A DNA stretch of 64,000 nt, from assembly GCA_045533905.1 (NCBI GenBank), contig JAZSIR010000011.1:37956-101955 (forward strand). The letters are read 5' to 3'. Position 1 is the first letter of the stretch. Each line of letters begins with the position of its first letter. The notes beneath the pieces were generated by a model that worked only from the letters and a program-made list of their open reading frames with translations, had not been told where the DNA came from and did not search any database. The DNA comes from Clostridia bacterium. GTDB taxonomy: Bacteria > Bacillota > Clostridia > UMGS1883 > UMGS1540. This document shows positions 30,346 to 40,666 of the stretch, piece after piece. Both the position numbers and the translations under genes were made by a program.

Positions 30346-31425
30346 TTACTGCATCTGCTCTTCTACCCACGCATAAATGCGCGCGCAGGCATCGGTGATG
30401 GCAATACTCTTCGCCGCTTCTTCCATCTCAGAAAGCCGCTTTCTGTCCGACAAAAGCGTGCGGATCTGCCCTGCTAAAATCTCGCCCGAAAGCTCCGTTT
30501 CCGGAAGCAGCACGGCTGCGCCCGCTTTTTCCATAGCGCGGGCATTATAGGTCTGATGGTCGTTTGTGACATTCGGGCTTGGAATTAAAACGGAAGGCTT
30601 TCCGAGTGCGCAGAGCTCGCTTATGGTAATCGCCCCGGCTCTTGTTACGGCAATATCGGCCTCGGAAAGTACCGCATCCATATTATGAATATACGGCAGA
30701 ATCTTCTTATTCTCCGAGAGCCGTATCTTCTTTTCTTCGATTTTTTGCATCACCGCATCATAATTTCTCTCGCCTGTGGAGGCAATGATGCCAAAGTATT
30801 CCTGCCCCTCCATCGCGAGAAGCTCTATGAGCGCTTCGTTTAGTTTGCCTGCGCCAAGGCTTCCGCCGCTTACAAGGACCAGCGGCTCACCGTTTTTCTT
30901 CTCCGCCTTCGCACGAAGAAGCTCGGGACGGATGGGATTCCCCGTCAGAAGCACACGCCGCGGTGGTTTTTTGAAATATTTTTCCGTTTCCGGAAAGCTT
31001 ATGGCCGTATCCACGCGGCTGCCTGCCACGCGGACGGCAAGGCCGGGAAATACATTCTGTTCGTGCACAAGCGACGGAATTTTCATTTTCGCCGCGGCAA
31101 GCATTACGGGAAGACAGACATAGCCGCCCGTGCCGATTACGATATCGGGCGCAAATTCTTTCAGGATTTTTGCAGCCGCAAAGCGGGAAGTTACAAACCG
31201 CACCGCCGTTTTGAAATTCTCAAGGCTGAGGCTTCTCCGAAGACCCTGCACGCGCATAGTTTTGATAGAATACCCTGCACGCGGCACAAGGCGCGTTTCC
31301 ATACCGCCCTCGTTGCCGATAAATAAAAACTCGGTGTCCGGTTTTTGTTCCTTTATATAGTTTGCGATAGCGATGGCCGGATAAATGTGCCCACCCGTGC
31401 CGCCGCCGGAAAGCACTACTCTCAT
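30346..31425 (-). CDS. murG: Lipid II GlcNAc transferase
   Basis: GGGTGGHIYP, HEQN, TGNPIR, GGSLGA, RAGAIT, HQTYNA. Confidence 0.96.
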   Translation of the reverse strand: MRVVLSGGGTGGHIYPAIAIANYIKEQKPDTEFLFIGNEGGMETRLVPRAGYSIKTMRVQGLRRSLSLENFKTAVRFVTSRFAAAKILKEFAPDIVIGTGGYVCLPVMLAAAKMKIPSLVHEQNVFPGLAVRVAGSRVDTAISFPETEKYFKKPPRRVLLTGNPIRPELLRAKAEKKNGEPLVLVSGGSLGAGKLNEALIELLAMEGQEYFGIIASTGERNYDAVMQKIEEKKIRLSENKKILPYIHNMDAVLSEADIAVTRAGAITISELCALGKPSVLIPSPNVTNDHQTYNARAMEKAGAAVLLPETELSGEILAGQIRTLLSDRKRLSEMEEAAKSIAITDACARIYAWVEEQMQ

Positions 31426-32558
31426 TTTTTATCCTCCTTCCGGCGCATGGCACCTTTTGGCTTTATCTGCCGTGAGATGCCGAGCACCACGCCCATCGCC
31501 GCCATCATAAAGATGAGCGACGAACCACCGGCGCTGAAAAAGGGAAGCTGCATACCGGTGTTCGGAATCGTAGAAGTTACAACGCCGACGTTGATTAAAT
31601 ACTGCAGGCCGATAATGGCAATGATGCCAAAGACCGTAAGGCTCGAAAAGGTATCTTTGGTTTGCAGGGCAATATAGATGCCGCGGTAGATAAGAAGCGC
31701 AAAGAGCACCGCCACCAAAATGGCGCCCGCAAAGCCGAGTTCCTCGCAGATGATGGCATAAATATAGTCATTATGTGCTTCAGGAATGTACAAAAACTTT
31801 TGCCGGCTCTGCCCGAGGCCAAGCCCGAACAGGCCGCCGGATGCAACGGCATAAAGGCCCTGCACAATCTGCCAGCCCTCTTCCATTTTTACGGCAAACG
31901 GGTCCGCAAAAGCGATAAGACGCTTGAAGCGATACGGCTCAAAAACAGCGAGAAGGCCTACACCTACGGCGCCGAAGGCCGACAAAAAGCCGATGTGCCA
32001 AAGATTCGCACCGCCGACAATCAGTACAATGATGCCTGCAGCCATAATCATAATCATACCACTTAAATGGTCCTGCAAAATCATAACGCCTGCAAGGCCG
32101 ACCAGAATCAGAAGATACGGCAGGAGTCCGCGTCTGAAATCGAGAAGGTCATTCTTCGCTCTTTCGGAAATGCGCCTTGCAAAATAAAGAACCAGTGAAA
32201 ATTTTACAAGCTCGGACGGCTGAAATCGAATCGGACCGAGAGACAGCCAGCGCTGGGCACCGCCGCCCACACTGCCGATGGCCAGAACGAGGAGCAAAAG
32301 ACCGACGGAAATGTAAAAAACCAGATTTGTAAGGCGCTTTACATGCGGCGTAATAACGATGCATGCCACCATCGCCGCCGTGCCCATACACGTGAAAAGG
32401 AGCTGTCTCTTGATATAGTACAGCTTATCGCCCTCATTATAAAATGCCGAAGGGGCACTCGCGCTGAAAACCATAATAAGGCCGAAAATAATCATCGTGA
32501 GCAAAATGACAAGAAAAGGGATGTCGATCCCTTTGATGCTGTACTTCTTTTTCTGCAT
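31422..32558 (-). CDS. ftsW: SEDS peptidoglycan polymerase FtsW/SpoVE
   Basis: GLIMVFSAS, GAQRW, QPSELVK, PEAHNDYI, EELG, LPFFSAGGSS. Confidence 0.92.
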   Translation of the reverse strand: MQKKKYSIKGIDIPFLVILLTMIIFGLIMVFSASAPSAFYNEGDKLYYIKRQLLFTCMGTAAMVACIVITPHVKRLTNLVFYISVGLLLLVLAIGSVGGGAQRWLSLGPIRFQPSELVKFSLVLYFARRISERAKNDLLDFRRGLLPYLLILVGLAGVMILQDHLSGMIMIMAAGIIVLIVGGANLWHIGFLSAFGAVGVGLLAVFEPYRFKRLIAFADPFAVKMEEGWQIVQGLYAVASGGLFGLGLGQSRQKFLYIPEAHNDYIYAIICEELGFAGAILVAVLFALLIYRGIYIALQTKDTFSSLTVFGIIAIIGLQYLINVGVVTSTIPNTGMQLPFFSAGGSSLIFMMAAMGVVLGISRQIKPKGAMRRKEDKK

Positions 32559-32582
32559 ACGCGGGTACTCCTTTCCTGTTTT

Positions 32583-33536
32583 TTAGCGAATTGCCAGATA
32601 CCCTACTGCTGCGGCAAGTACGGTGACTGCCGTAAACACGGAAACAATCTTCGCTTCACTCCAACCGCACATTTCAAAGTGATGATGAATGGGGCTCATC
32701 TTGAAGATGCGCTTTCCGGTAAGCTTAAAAGAAGCGACCTGCAAAATAACGGAAAGCGTTTCCACCACATAAATACACCCGACAAGTACCAAAAGGAGTT
32801 CATAGCGCAAAAGGATTGCCGCGCCGGCTACAAAGCCGCCGAGAAACAGCGAGCCCGTATCGCCCATAAACACGCGGGCGGGATGTACATTGAAAAGTAA
32901 AAAGCCTAAAATACCACCCGCAAGCACAAGGCAGGTTGCGGCAAGGGACATATTCCCGCACATATACGCCGCAAGTGCCAGAAAGAGCACTACTGCCTCG
33001 GTTACAAAGCCGGCAAGCCCGTCTACCCCGTCGGTAAGATTGACGCCGTTTACAAAGCCAAGCTGGAAAAAGGCCGCAAACGGCAAAAAGAGGATACCGA
33101 GATCCACGGGGCGAGCACAGAACGGGATGAGAATTTTCGTGTCAATTCTGCCATCATACATAAGGAACAGAAGAAACGCGAGTGTAACGAAAAACTGCGC
33201 CAGAAACTTCTGCCGCGCCGTAAGGCCGAGATTGCGTTTTTTCACAACCTTAATATAATCGTCACAAAAGCCGATAACGCCGTACAAAACAGCGCAGATT
33301 GCAAGCGCCAGCGTGCCGCTGTTTCGGATAACAAACGGCGTGACCATTAAAAAGGCACCAATGAACATAAGCCCGCCCATTGTGGGCGTTCCGTTTTTCT
33401 TCTGATGCCACGCGGGCCCGATTTCCCGGATACTTTGTCCGCACTTAAGGCTTCGCAGAAGCGGCAGAATCAAAAGTCCCAAAATGGCCGCGGCCAGAAA
33501 AGCCGCTGAAAAGCTGATTACTTTTTCCATACTCAT
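32583..33536 (-). CDS. mraY: Phospho-N-acetylmuramoyl-pentapeptide transferase
   Basis: KNGTPTMGG, DDYIKV, NLTDGVDGL, FMGDTGS, MSPIHHHFE. Confidence 0.96.
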   Translation of the reverse strand: MSMEKVISFSAAFLAAAILGLLILPLLRSLKCGQSIREIGPAWHQKKNGTPTMGGLMFIGAFLMVTPFVIRNSGTLALAICAVLYGVIGFCDDYIKVVKKRNLGLTARQKFLAQFFVTLAFLLFLMYDGRIDTKILIPFCARPVDLGILFLPFAAFFQLGFVNGVNLTDGVDGLAGFVTEAVVLFLALAAYMCGNMSLAATCLVLAGGILGFLLFNVHPARVFMGDTGSLFLGGFVAGAAILLRYELLLVLVGCIYVVETLSVILQVASFKLTGKRIFKMSPIHHHFEMCGWSEAKIVSVFTAVTVLAAAVGYLAIR

Positions 33537-34861
33537 CCCCTGATTTTCTCAAAAACTTCTCCCATTTTCATACCGTGGGAGCCTTTTATCAAAATGCGGT
33601 CTCCTTTTGTCAGAATGCCCGACAAATAGGCCGCAAGGCTTGCATTATCCGCAAAGTGGCGCACCGTTTTCACGCCGCCGTCCTCCGCGCTTTCAGCCAG
33701 AAACTTCGTTTCGTTTCCGACAGTGAGAACAATATCCACTTTTCGCTCCGCCGCCGCTCTGCCGATTTCGCGGTGGCTTACCTCACTGTAGGCGCCAAGC
33801 TCCAGCATATCGCCGAGAACTGCGATTCTCCTCGTAGCCTCGCCTTTTGAAAGCATCGAAAGCGCCGCGTGCATAGAATCGGGGCTTGCATTATAATAAT
33901 CGCAAATCACGCGGATACCTCCCGGGATTTCCACCTCGCTCTGGCGGATGCCGTCCGGCGTATAGGAGAGAATGCCGGCGGCTACAGCTTCGCCGGAAAG
34001 GCCTTCTTTCCTTCCGATAGCGTAAGCCGCCAGCGCATTGTAAAGATTATGCCGTCCCGTCACGGGGACGCGGATCGTGGTGCCGTCTACCCGGAGAGTG
34101 TCCTCACCCAGAATTTCTCCGCGCACCTCGGCTTCTTCGTTTTGAAATCCAAAGCGTACAACGTGCACGCCCGAAGGCGCAACATCCCGAAGGAAGGGGT
34201 CATCGCCGTTTACAAACAGCGTGCCGCCCGCAGAAAGCCCCTCGCAGATTTCAAGTTTTGCATCGCGGATGTTTTCCTGCGAGCCTAAATTTTCAATATG
34301 CGAAAGCCCTACATTGGTGATAACCGCCACCGTAGGCTTTGCGATGCGCGTGAGATACGAAATTTCGCCTTTGGCGCTCATACCCATTTCGATAACGGCC
34401 GCCGTGTGCTTTTCCGAAAGGCCGAGCACCGTAAGCGGCAGACCGATATGATTATTGAAATTGCCTTCCGTTTTCAAAACCGAGAACTTTTCCGAAAGCG
34501 CAGCCGCAATCATCTCCTTGGTCGTCGTTTTGCCTACGCTTCCCGTAACACCTACCACGGGGAAGGAAAATTTCTCGCGGTGCGCACGTGCCAATGCACC
34601 GAGCGCACGAACACCGTCCTCTACCTTTATGTAAGCACAGCCTTCGCCCGGGGTAAACTCGTCGTTTCCGACGGCAACGGCTGCGCCCTTTTCAAAAGCA
34701 GAAGAAAGAAAGCGGTTTCCGTCAAACTGTTCGCCGCGGATAGCCACAAAAAGGGCACCTTCTTCTATTTTACGGCTGTCTGTGGAAATGCTTTTTATTT
34801 CCGCATTTCCATCGCCAAAGAGTGTGCCGCCTGTCACAGAGGCAATTTCAAAGCCTTTCAT
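33533..34861 (-). CDS. murF: UDP-MurNAc-tripeptide D-Ala-D-Ala ligase
   Basis: STDSR, TGSVGKTTTKEM, NFNNHIGLP, DYYNASPDSM, KGSHGM. Confidence 0.95.
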   Translation of the reverse strand: MKGFEIASVTGGTLFGDGNAEIKSISTDSRKIEEGALFVAIRGEQFDGNRFLSSAFEKGAAVAVGNDEFTPGEGCAYIKVEDGVRALGALARAHREKFSFPVVGVTGSVGKTTTKEMIAAALSEKFSVLKTEGNFNNHIGLPLTVLGLSEKHTAAVIEMGMSAKGEISYLTRIAKPTVAVITNVGLSHIENLGSQENIRDAKLEICEGLSAGGTLFVNGDDPFLRDVAPSGVHVVRFGFQNEEAEVRGEILGEDTLRVDGTTIRVPVTGRHNLYNALAAYAIGRKEGLSGEAVAAGILSYTPDGIRQSEVEIPGGIRVICDYYNASPDSMHAALSMLSKGEATRRIAVLGDMLELGAYSEVSHREIGRAAAERKVDIVLTVGNETKFLAESAEDGGVKTVRHFADNASLAAYLSGILTKGDRILIKGSHGMKMGEVFEKIRG

Positions 34862-36288
34862 CCCTTGAAAATCTCCTTTACGATGGCACGCTCGTCAAAA
34901 TCAATCGTGCCTTCTTTCAGAATCTGATATGTTTCGTGGCCTTTACCGGCCAGGATGATCACGTCGCCCTCTCCTGCATATTCCATAGCATAGCGGATGG
35001 CCTCTTTTCTGTTTTCTACCACGGTGTATTTATCGCGGTACTGTGTCATCCCCGCTTCAATATCGCGGATAATCGCGCTCGGGTCCTCCGTGCGCGGATT
35101 ATCACTCGTAACCACGGCATAATCGGAAAGACGCCCTGCAATCTCGCCCATTTTGGGGCGCTTTGTTTTGTCACGGTCGCCGCCGCAGCCAAGGAGCGTG
35201 ATCACCTTCCCTTTTGCAAAGCCACGAACGGTGTTTATAATATTTTCAAGCCCGTCGGGCGTATGTGCATAGTCGATAAGTACCGAATAGGGCGCCGCAA
35301 TCGGCACCACCTCGGCTCTGCCGCAAACACCTTTTGCCAGAATGAGGCCTTTTAAGATTTCATCCATCGGGATGCCCATACCAAGACACGCTGCCGCCGC
35401 GGCGAGCGCATTATATACAGAGAATCTCCCGGGTATACCAAGGCGAATCTCATACGGCGCATTGCCGATATAGGTCGTGCAGATAACGCCGCGCTCCGAA
35501 AGACGGATGTTTTGGGCGCGCAAGTCACTTTTTTCTTCTATACTGTAGGTACTGATGGGGCAAAGGGCGCGCTTTTGGATTTCTTTGCCGTATGCATCAT
35601 CTGCATTGATGACGCCGTGACGGGCATTTTCAAAGAGCTTTGCCTTGCACTCCATATAGTTTTCCATCGTCTCGTGAAAATCGAGGTGATCCTGGGTCAG
35701 GTTGGTGAAAACCGCCTCGTGAAAACGGACGCCGTGTGTACGGGAAAGCGCGAGCGAATGGGAGGAAACCTCCATAATCACATACTCCACGCCCGCATCT
35801 ACCATATCCGCGAACATTTTCTGCAAATCCAGAGACTCGGGCGTTGTGCGCGCCGCGGGCAGAACTTTGTCGCCGATGATATTCTGGTTTGTGCCGATAA
35901 GGCCCGTTTTGCACCCCAGAAGATCCAGCACCTGCTTTATAAGGTAGGTGGTTGTCGTTTTGCCGTTTGTGCCGGTAACACCTATGATTTTAAGCTTTTC
36001 TGCGGGGTTTCCGTAAAACTGTGCGCCGGCCTCGGCAAGGCCGCGGCGTGTATCGTCGCATACGGCTACGGGCACGCCCACCTCGCAGTTTTCTTCCGCT
36101 AAAATCGCGGCTGCGCCGTTTTCGATAGCCTTTTCAATATAGGTATGCCCATCCACGGAAAAGCCGCGAACCGCCACAAAAAGGCTGCCGGGCACTACCT
36201 TTCTGGAATCATACTGCACGCTTTGGATTTCGACATCTTCTCCGTAAAGCGTGTACTTTGTATTTTGTAATACATCACTCAGTCGCAT
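34858..36288 (-). CDS. murE: UDP-MurNAc-dipeptide meso-DAP ligase
   Basis: TGTNGKTT, MEVSSH, DYAHTPD, DNPR (DAP-specific), AGKGHE. Confidence 0.96.
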   Translation of the reverse strand: MRLSDVLQNTKYTLYGEDVEIQSVQYDSRKVVPGSLFVAVRGFSVDGHTYIEKAIENGAAAILAEENCEVGVPVAVCDDTRRGLAEAGAQFYGNPAEKLKIIGVTGTNGKTTTTYLIKQVLDLLGCKTGLIGTNQNIIGDKVLPAARTTPESLDLQKMFADMVDAGVEYVIMEVSSHSLALSRTHGVRFHEAVFTNLTQDHLDFHETMENYMECKAKLFENARHGVINADDAYGKEIQKRALCPISTYSIEEKSDLRAQNIRLSERGVICTTYIGNAPYEIRLGIPGRFSVYNALAAAAACLGMGIPMDEILKGLILAKGVCGRAEVVPIAAPYSVLIDYAHTPDGLENIINTVRGFAKGKVITLLGCGGDRDKTKRPKMGEIAGRLSDYAVVTSDNPRTEDPSAIIRDIEAGMTQYRDKYTVVENRKEAIRYAMEYAGEGDVIILAGKGHETYQILKEGTIDFDERAIVKEIFKG

Positions 36289-36303
36289 TTTGGTCCTCCA
36301 CTG

Positions 36304-38499
36304 TTATTCATTGCCTGCATAGCGAAATTCCACCTGCACAATTGTGCCTTGGGGTACTTCGCTACCTGCCGGCGGATCCTGCCCTACGGCCTGCAGAAGG
36401 CCCTGGACATCGAGTTTCCCCGTGCCGCGCAGCATAAAGTTCAGATTACTGTTTGTAAGGCCTGCATTCACCTGGGAAAGAGACAGACCCAAAACATCGG
36501 GCACCACGGCTTTCTCCTCCGCAGCATCCCCTGCATACAGAATACCTACCGCATCGCGGCGCACCGCTGTGCCTGCGCGCGGCATCTGGCTCGTTATCGT
36601 TTCGCTTTCATTTCCTACTACGTGATATTTAAGACCTGCCGATATGAGAATCTGCGCCGCCTCGCGCGCGGATTTACCCGTAACGTCCGGCATATTGATA
36701 TCGGTGTCTGTTTCTTCATCTGCGCTGTACTGGCGTTCTATGCCGAGGTAACGAAGAGAATCTTCCATAATTCTGCCCACAACCGGCGCCGCAATAAGGC
36801 TTCCGTAGTATTCACCTACCGGTTCATCCAAAATGACGATACAGGCAAGCTGCGGGTCATCTGCGGGTGCAAAGCCGAGGAAGGAAGCCACATACTTGCC
36901 GTTTCCGCGCGGCTGTTTTTCACTGGTACCCGTTTTGCCGGCGATGCGGTAGCCTTTTACATAGGCATTTTTACCGCCGCCACTTGAAACAACGCCTTCT
37001 AAAATTTCGCACATTGCGCGGCTGGTTTCTTTCGAAATAACCTGCCGCACCACCGTCGGCTCCGTCACTTTTACGGCATTGCCGTTTTCATCGTTTATCT
37101 GCTTTACGAGATACGGCTTCATAAGATAGCCGCCGTTTGCAATTGCGCTCATCGCCGTAATCATCTGGAGAGGCGTTACGTTAAACCCCTGCCCGAAGGA
37201 GCTTGTGGCAAGCTCAAGGTCGTGCATATTTTCGCGGGAGAAGAAGATACCTTCCGCCTCGCCCGGAAGTTCAAAACCGGTCGTTTCCCCGAAGCCGAAA
37301 TTCTTATAGTATTTGTAGAAATTATCCCAGCCGATACGTGCGCCGATTTCCATAAATACGGGGTTGCAGGAATTATGTACGCCCTGATCGAACGTCTCGG
37401 CGCCGTGCCCTGCTGTTTTATGGCAGTTAATGCGAACGCCCGAAACAGTATGGCTGCCCGAGCAGTAAAACCCTTCATTTCGGCCTACTACATTCTCCTC
37501 AAGGGCTGTTGCTGCGACCACCGCTTTGAAGGTGGAGCCCGGCTCGTATGTATCTACAACGGCTTTATTTCTCCAAAGTTTATTGAGCTCTTTGGAATAT
37601 GCCTCCTGATATTCCTCACCGGAAAGTGCGGAAAGGCTTTCCATAATGCCGGCATCCAGCTGCATCGGCTGATTCAAGTCATAGTCCGGCTTTGTGGCCA
37701 TCGCCAGAATTTCGCCGGTTTTGGGGTTCATCACAATTGCGGCCGCGCCGTTTTGCACATTCGTTTCCGCCACCGCCGTCTCGAGATGTCCTTCTACAAA
37801 GGACTGAATCGTTCTGTCAATTGTCAGCACAAGGTCATTCCCGCGTACGGGGTCTATATACTGCTCGTATGCATACGGCATATCCGAGCCGTTTGCACTT
37901 TTTGCCGTGATAATACGCCCTGCGCGCCCTGCCAACACTTCATCGTATACACTTTCAAGTCCCCAGAGGCCCTGATTATCGTCTCCGGTAAAGCCGATGA
38001 TATGCGAGGCAAGATTTCCGTTCGGATAGTAGCGCTTTGTGTCTTCATCGAGACGAATGCCGGCAAGACCGAGGTCGCGGATTTTCTCCACTTCCTCCGC
38101 TTCCACGCGGCGTTTTACAATCTCGTAGTAGCTGTTTCTCTGTGTCTTTTTATAAACGGTTTCATAGTCAAGCTCCAAAATCTCAGAAAGCGCGCGCGCG
38201 ACTTCTTCGCCGTTCCCCTCCGCTTTAATGGTAACCGGCACCACACACACCATATTAGTGGTGGCGCTTTGCGCTAAAACGTCGCCATTTCTGTCGCGGA
38301 TTGTGCCGCGCTCGGAAGAAACGACACTGTCACGCGTTTGCTGCTCAATGGCTTCCTGCTTGAGACTCGGCCCTTTTATAATCTGCCAGTACCCCGTGCG
38401 CAGCAAAAGAACGACCATCGCTAAAAGCAAAAGGCCGTACATAATTCTCATTCGTTTTTTACTGCTGATTGTACCGTTTTTTCGCAATACCGATTTCAC
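36304..38499 (-). CDS. spoVD: Class B penicillin-binding protein with two PASTA domains (SpoVD/FtsI-like)
   Basis: RGTIRDRNG, YEPGSTFK (SxxK), SCN, KTGT, two C-terminal PASTA repeats; exact start uncertain. Confidence 0.85.
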   Translation of the reverse strand: MKSVLRKNGTISSKKRMRIMYGLLLLAMVVLLLRTGYWQIIKGPSLKQEAIEQQTRDSVVSSERGTIRDRNGDVLAQSATTNMVCVVPVTIKAEGNGEEVARALSEILELDYETVYKKTQRNSYYEIVKRRVEAEEVEKIRDLGLAGIRLDEDTKRYYPNGNLASHIIGFTGDDNQGLWGLESVYDEVLAGRAGRIITAKSANGSDMPYAYEQYIDPVRGNDLVLTIDRTIQSFVEGHLETAVAETNVQNGAAAIVMNPKTGEILAMATKPDYDLNQPMQLDAGIMESLSALSGEEYQEAYSKELNKLWRNKAVVDTYEPGSTFKAVVAATALEENVVGRNEGFYCSGSHTVSGVRINCHKTAGHGAETFDQGVHNSCNPVFMEIGARIGWDNFYKYYKNFGFGETTGFELPGEAEGIFFSRENMHDLELATSSFGQGFNVTPLQMITAMSAIANGGYLMKPYLVKQINDENGNAVKVTEPTVVRQVISKETSRAMCEILEGVVSSGGGKNAYVKGYRIAGKTGTSEKQPRGNGKYVASFLGFAPADDPQLACIVILDEPVGEYYGSLIAAPVVGRIMEDSLRYLGIERQYSADEETDTDINMPDVTGKSAREAAQILISAGLKYHVVGNESETITSQMPRAGTAVRRDAVGILYAGDAAEEKAVVPDVLGLSLSQVNAGLTNSNLNFMLRGTGKLDVQGLLQAVGQDPPAGSEVPQGTIVQVEFRYAGNE

Positions 38500-38569
38500 C
38501 CCTCGCCGGTATTAAAAGTGGGAGCGAGTCCTTTTCTCCCGCTCCCTCGCTTGTATATCATATGGTGTA

Positions 38570-39040
38570 CTATCCGAAATATTCCAAAACATTATCGGCA
38601 ATAGAGGAAAAGAAATTTCCGGTTTTCGGCGTCTGACACGTCACAGCATAATCGCAGTTACCCATATCGACATATACCGTCTGTGCCTTTGTCGGGCGCT
38701 GCATACCGAGCCGTGTCACGGCTTCTTCTTCTATACGGTGGAGATCCATATCCCGCTCTATTCTGAATTCACCGGCTACCACCTGCGCATTGATATTCTC
38801 AAGCTGTTTCTCAAGAGCGGCAACCTCTGCATTCTTTTCTAAAATCTGGGCATTGCTGAGGAGCAGGCCAAACGCCAGAAAAACGGCCAGCACCGAAAAT
38901 ACAAGGCTCCGTGCGGCGGAAAGATTCTTCTTGCGCTTCCCCGTCGCCACCTTTCGCGCTGTTTTTACTGCCGGTACTTTTTTGATTTCGTAATAGCTTT
39001 CGTACTTGTAGGCGTTGTTACCGTAAACCGGTACCTGCAT
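38570..39040 (-). CDS. ftsL: FtsL-like cell division protein
   Basis: Basic N-terminus, one TM, coiled coil, IEEEAVTRLGM; located between rsmH and the PBP. Confidence 0.75.
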   Translation of the reverse strand: MQVPVYGNNAYKYESYYEIKKVPAVKTARKVATGKRKKNLSAARSLVFSVLAVFLAFGLLLSNAQILEKNAEVAALEKQLENINAQVVAGEFRIERDMDLHRIEEEAVTRLGMQRPTKAQTVYVDMGNCDYAVTCQTPKTGNFFSSIADNVLEYFG

Positions 39041-39044
39041 GCGC

Positions 39045-39974
39045 TCACCTCTTCTCTGCAATTCGTAATTTGGCACTGCGTGCTCGCGGATTTTCTGTAA
39101 GTTCTTCTTCACTCGGGAGTATGGGCTTTCGCGTAATAATCTGCATTGTGGGCTTTTTCCCGCATATGCAAACGGGGTATTCCTTCGGGCAGGTACATCC
39201 GATGCTCGCTTCCGAAAAAGCATTTTTTACGATTCTGTCCTCAAGGGAATGGAAGGTGATAATGGAAATCCTTCCGCCCGATGCAAGCATCTCTTCGGCA
39301 TCCCGAAGTGCCGCACGCAGAACATCGAGCTCTCCGTTTACCGCGATGCGGATGGCCTGAAAGGTTCTTTTTGCCGGATGCGGTCCGTCGCGTCTTGCGC
39401 CTTTGGGCACCGCCGCTTTGATAACACTTACAAGCTCTGCGGTGGTTTCAATCGGCTTTTCGCTTCTCGCGCGTACGATAAACTCTGCAATGCGCTTTGC
39501 CCATCGTTCCTCGCCGTACTCAGAAATGATGCGGAGAAGCTCACTTTCCGTAAACCCGTTTACCACCTCGTATGCGGAGAAGGCGTTGTCTCTGTCCATC
39601 CGCATATCCAGCGGCGCATCCTGCATATAGGAAAACCCGCGGTCCTTATCGTCAAGCTGGGGAGACGAAACCCCAAGGTCTGCCAAAATCCCGTCTACTT
39701 TTTGTATACCGAGCGTACTAAGTACGCTTTTTATCTCTTTAAAATTGCTTTTTACCGGTGTGAATGCGTTTCCGAATCGCCCGAGCCTTTCGCTTGCCGC
39801 GGAAAGGGCTACCGCATCCTGATCGATGCCGATGACTCTGCCGCCGCGGGAGAGGATTTCCTCACTGTGTCCGCCGCCGCCAAGCGTCATATCGACATAC
39901 AGCCCGCCTTGTTTCACCAAAAGGCCATCCACCGTTTCTTTTTTCAGTACCGTGGTATGGCTAAACGCCGTCAT
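39045..39974 (-). CDS. rsmH: 16S rRNA m4C1402 methyltransferase
   Basis: [52 protein letters not shown]. Confidence 0.97.
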   Translation of the reverse strand: MTAFSHTTVLKKETVDGLLVKQGGLYVDMTLGGGGHSEEILSRGGRVIGIDQDAVALSAASERLGRFGNAFTPVKSNFKEIKSVLSTLGIQKVDGILADLGVSSPQLDDKDRGFSYMQDAPLDMRMDRDNAFSAYEVVNGFTESELLRIISEYGEERWAKRIAEFIVRARSEKPIETTAELVSVIKAAVPKGARRDGPHPAKRTFQAIRIAVNGELDVLRAALRDAEEMLASGGRISIITFHSLEDRIVKNAFSEASIGCTCPKEYPVCICGKKPTMQIITRKPILPSEEELTENPRARSAKLRIAEKR

Positions 39975-40405
39975 ACGCCCATCCCCGAAAGGCGAGCCGC
40001 CGCTTCCTCAAGGCTCATAGCCTCTTCGTCGTTATTATAGCGTTCCCAAGCACCGCCATCCCAGATTTCTACGCGCGAAATGGCGCCGATGACCATAACC
40101 TCTTTCTCAATGCCCGCATGCTCGCGAAGATGTGCCGGCAAGAGGATTCTGCCCTGCTTGTCCGTTTCACACGTAACAGCGCCCGATGCGAACATACGGA
40201 GAAGGCGGCGTGCATCTGCATTGTGCCCCGGCATACTCATAAGCTGGGCGGCGAATTTTTCCCACTCTTCTTCTGAGTATACGGTAAGGCAACCCTCGTA
40301 GCCCTTTGTGACCACAAAGGTCTCTCCGAGCTGCTCACGGAAACGGGAGGGCATGATTACGCGGCCCTTCGCGTCGAGGTTATGACAATATTGACCGATG
40401 TACAT
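39971..40405 (-). CDS. mraZ: Division/cell-wall transcriptional regulator MraZ
   Basis: Two DxxGR repeats (LDAKGRV, TDKQGRI), RVEIWD. Confidence 0.96.
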   Translation of the reverse strand: MYIGQYCHNLDAKGRVIMPSRFREQLGETFVVTKGYEGCLTVYSEEEWEKFAAQLMSMPGHNADARRLLRMFASGAVTCETDKQGRILLPAHLREHAGIEKEVMVIGAISRVEIWDGGAWERYNNDEEAMSLEEAAARLSGMGV

Positions 40406-40410
40406 GCACT

Positions 40411-40450
40411 CACCCACTTTCTTGCACAAAGTTGCACTTTCTACCACTTA
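40411..40450 (-). promoter_or_regulatory. MraZ-binding direct repeats
   Basis: Four 10-bp-period units (minus strand TAAGTGGTAG AAAGTGCAAC TTTGTGCAAG AAAGTGGGTG) downstream of TTGAAA-17-TAAAAT. Confidence 0.8.
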
Positions 40451-40541
40451 ATGAAATTTTACACGATTTTTGCTTGAATTTCAAGCCTTTTTTGAAAAAA
40501 CTTTGATTTTTACCCCTGTTTTTTTCACTTTCACATTACTG

Positions 40542-40587
40542 ACCCAATATATTTGTGTTACATTTTTGTAACAACAATATATTGTAT
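40542..40587. promoter_or_regulatory. Tandem NrdR-box-like palindromes
   Basis: CCCAATATATTTGTG and AACAATATATTGTAT, 30 bp apart. Confidence 0.45.
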
Positions 40588-40666
40588 GTGTCTCTGTGCT
40601 TTTTTGTGGGAACCGGCATATTTTTTTTACATTTTGATATACTATACAGAAAGAAAGGATGATTAT

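Noticed and set aside
28523-38277. Long plus-strand ORFs opposite dcw genes (e.g. 28523-29704, 37222-38277)
   Set aside because: Antisense frames of conserved genes; no RBS or recognisable motifs
40556-40573. Same regulator for this TGTTACA palindrome and the XRE operator at 61306-61332, or a Rex box
   Set aside because: Half-site orientation and spacing differ from the XRE operator and from the 18-bp Rex consensus
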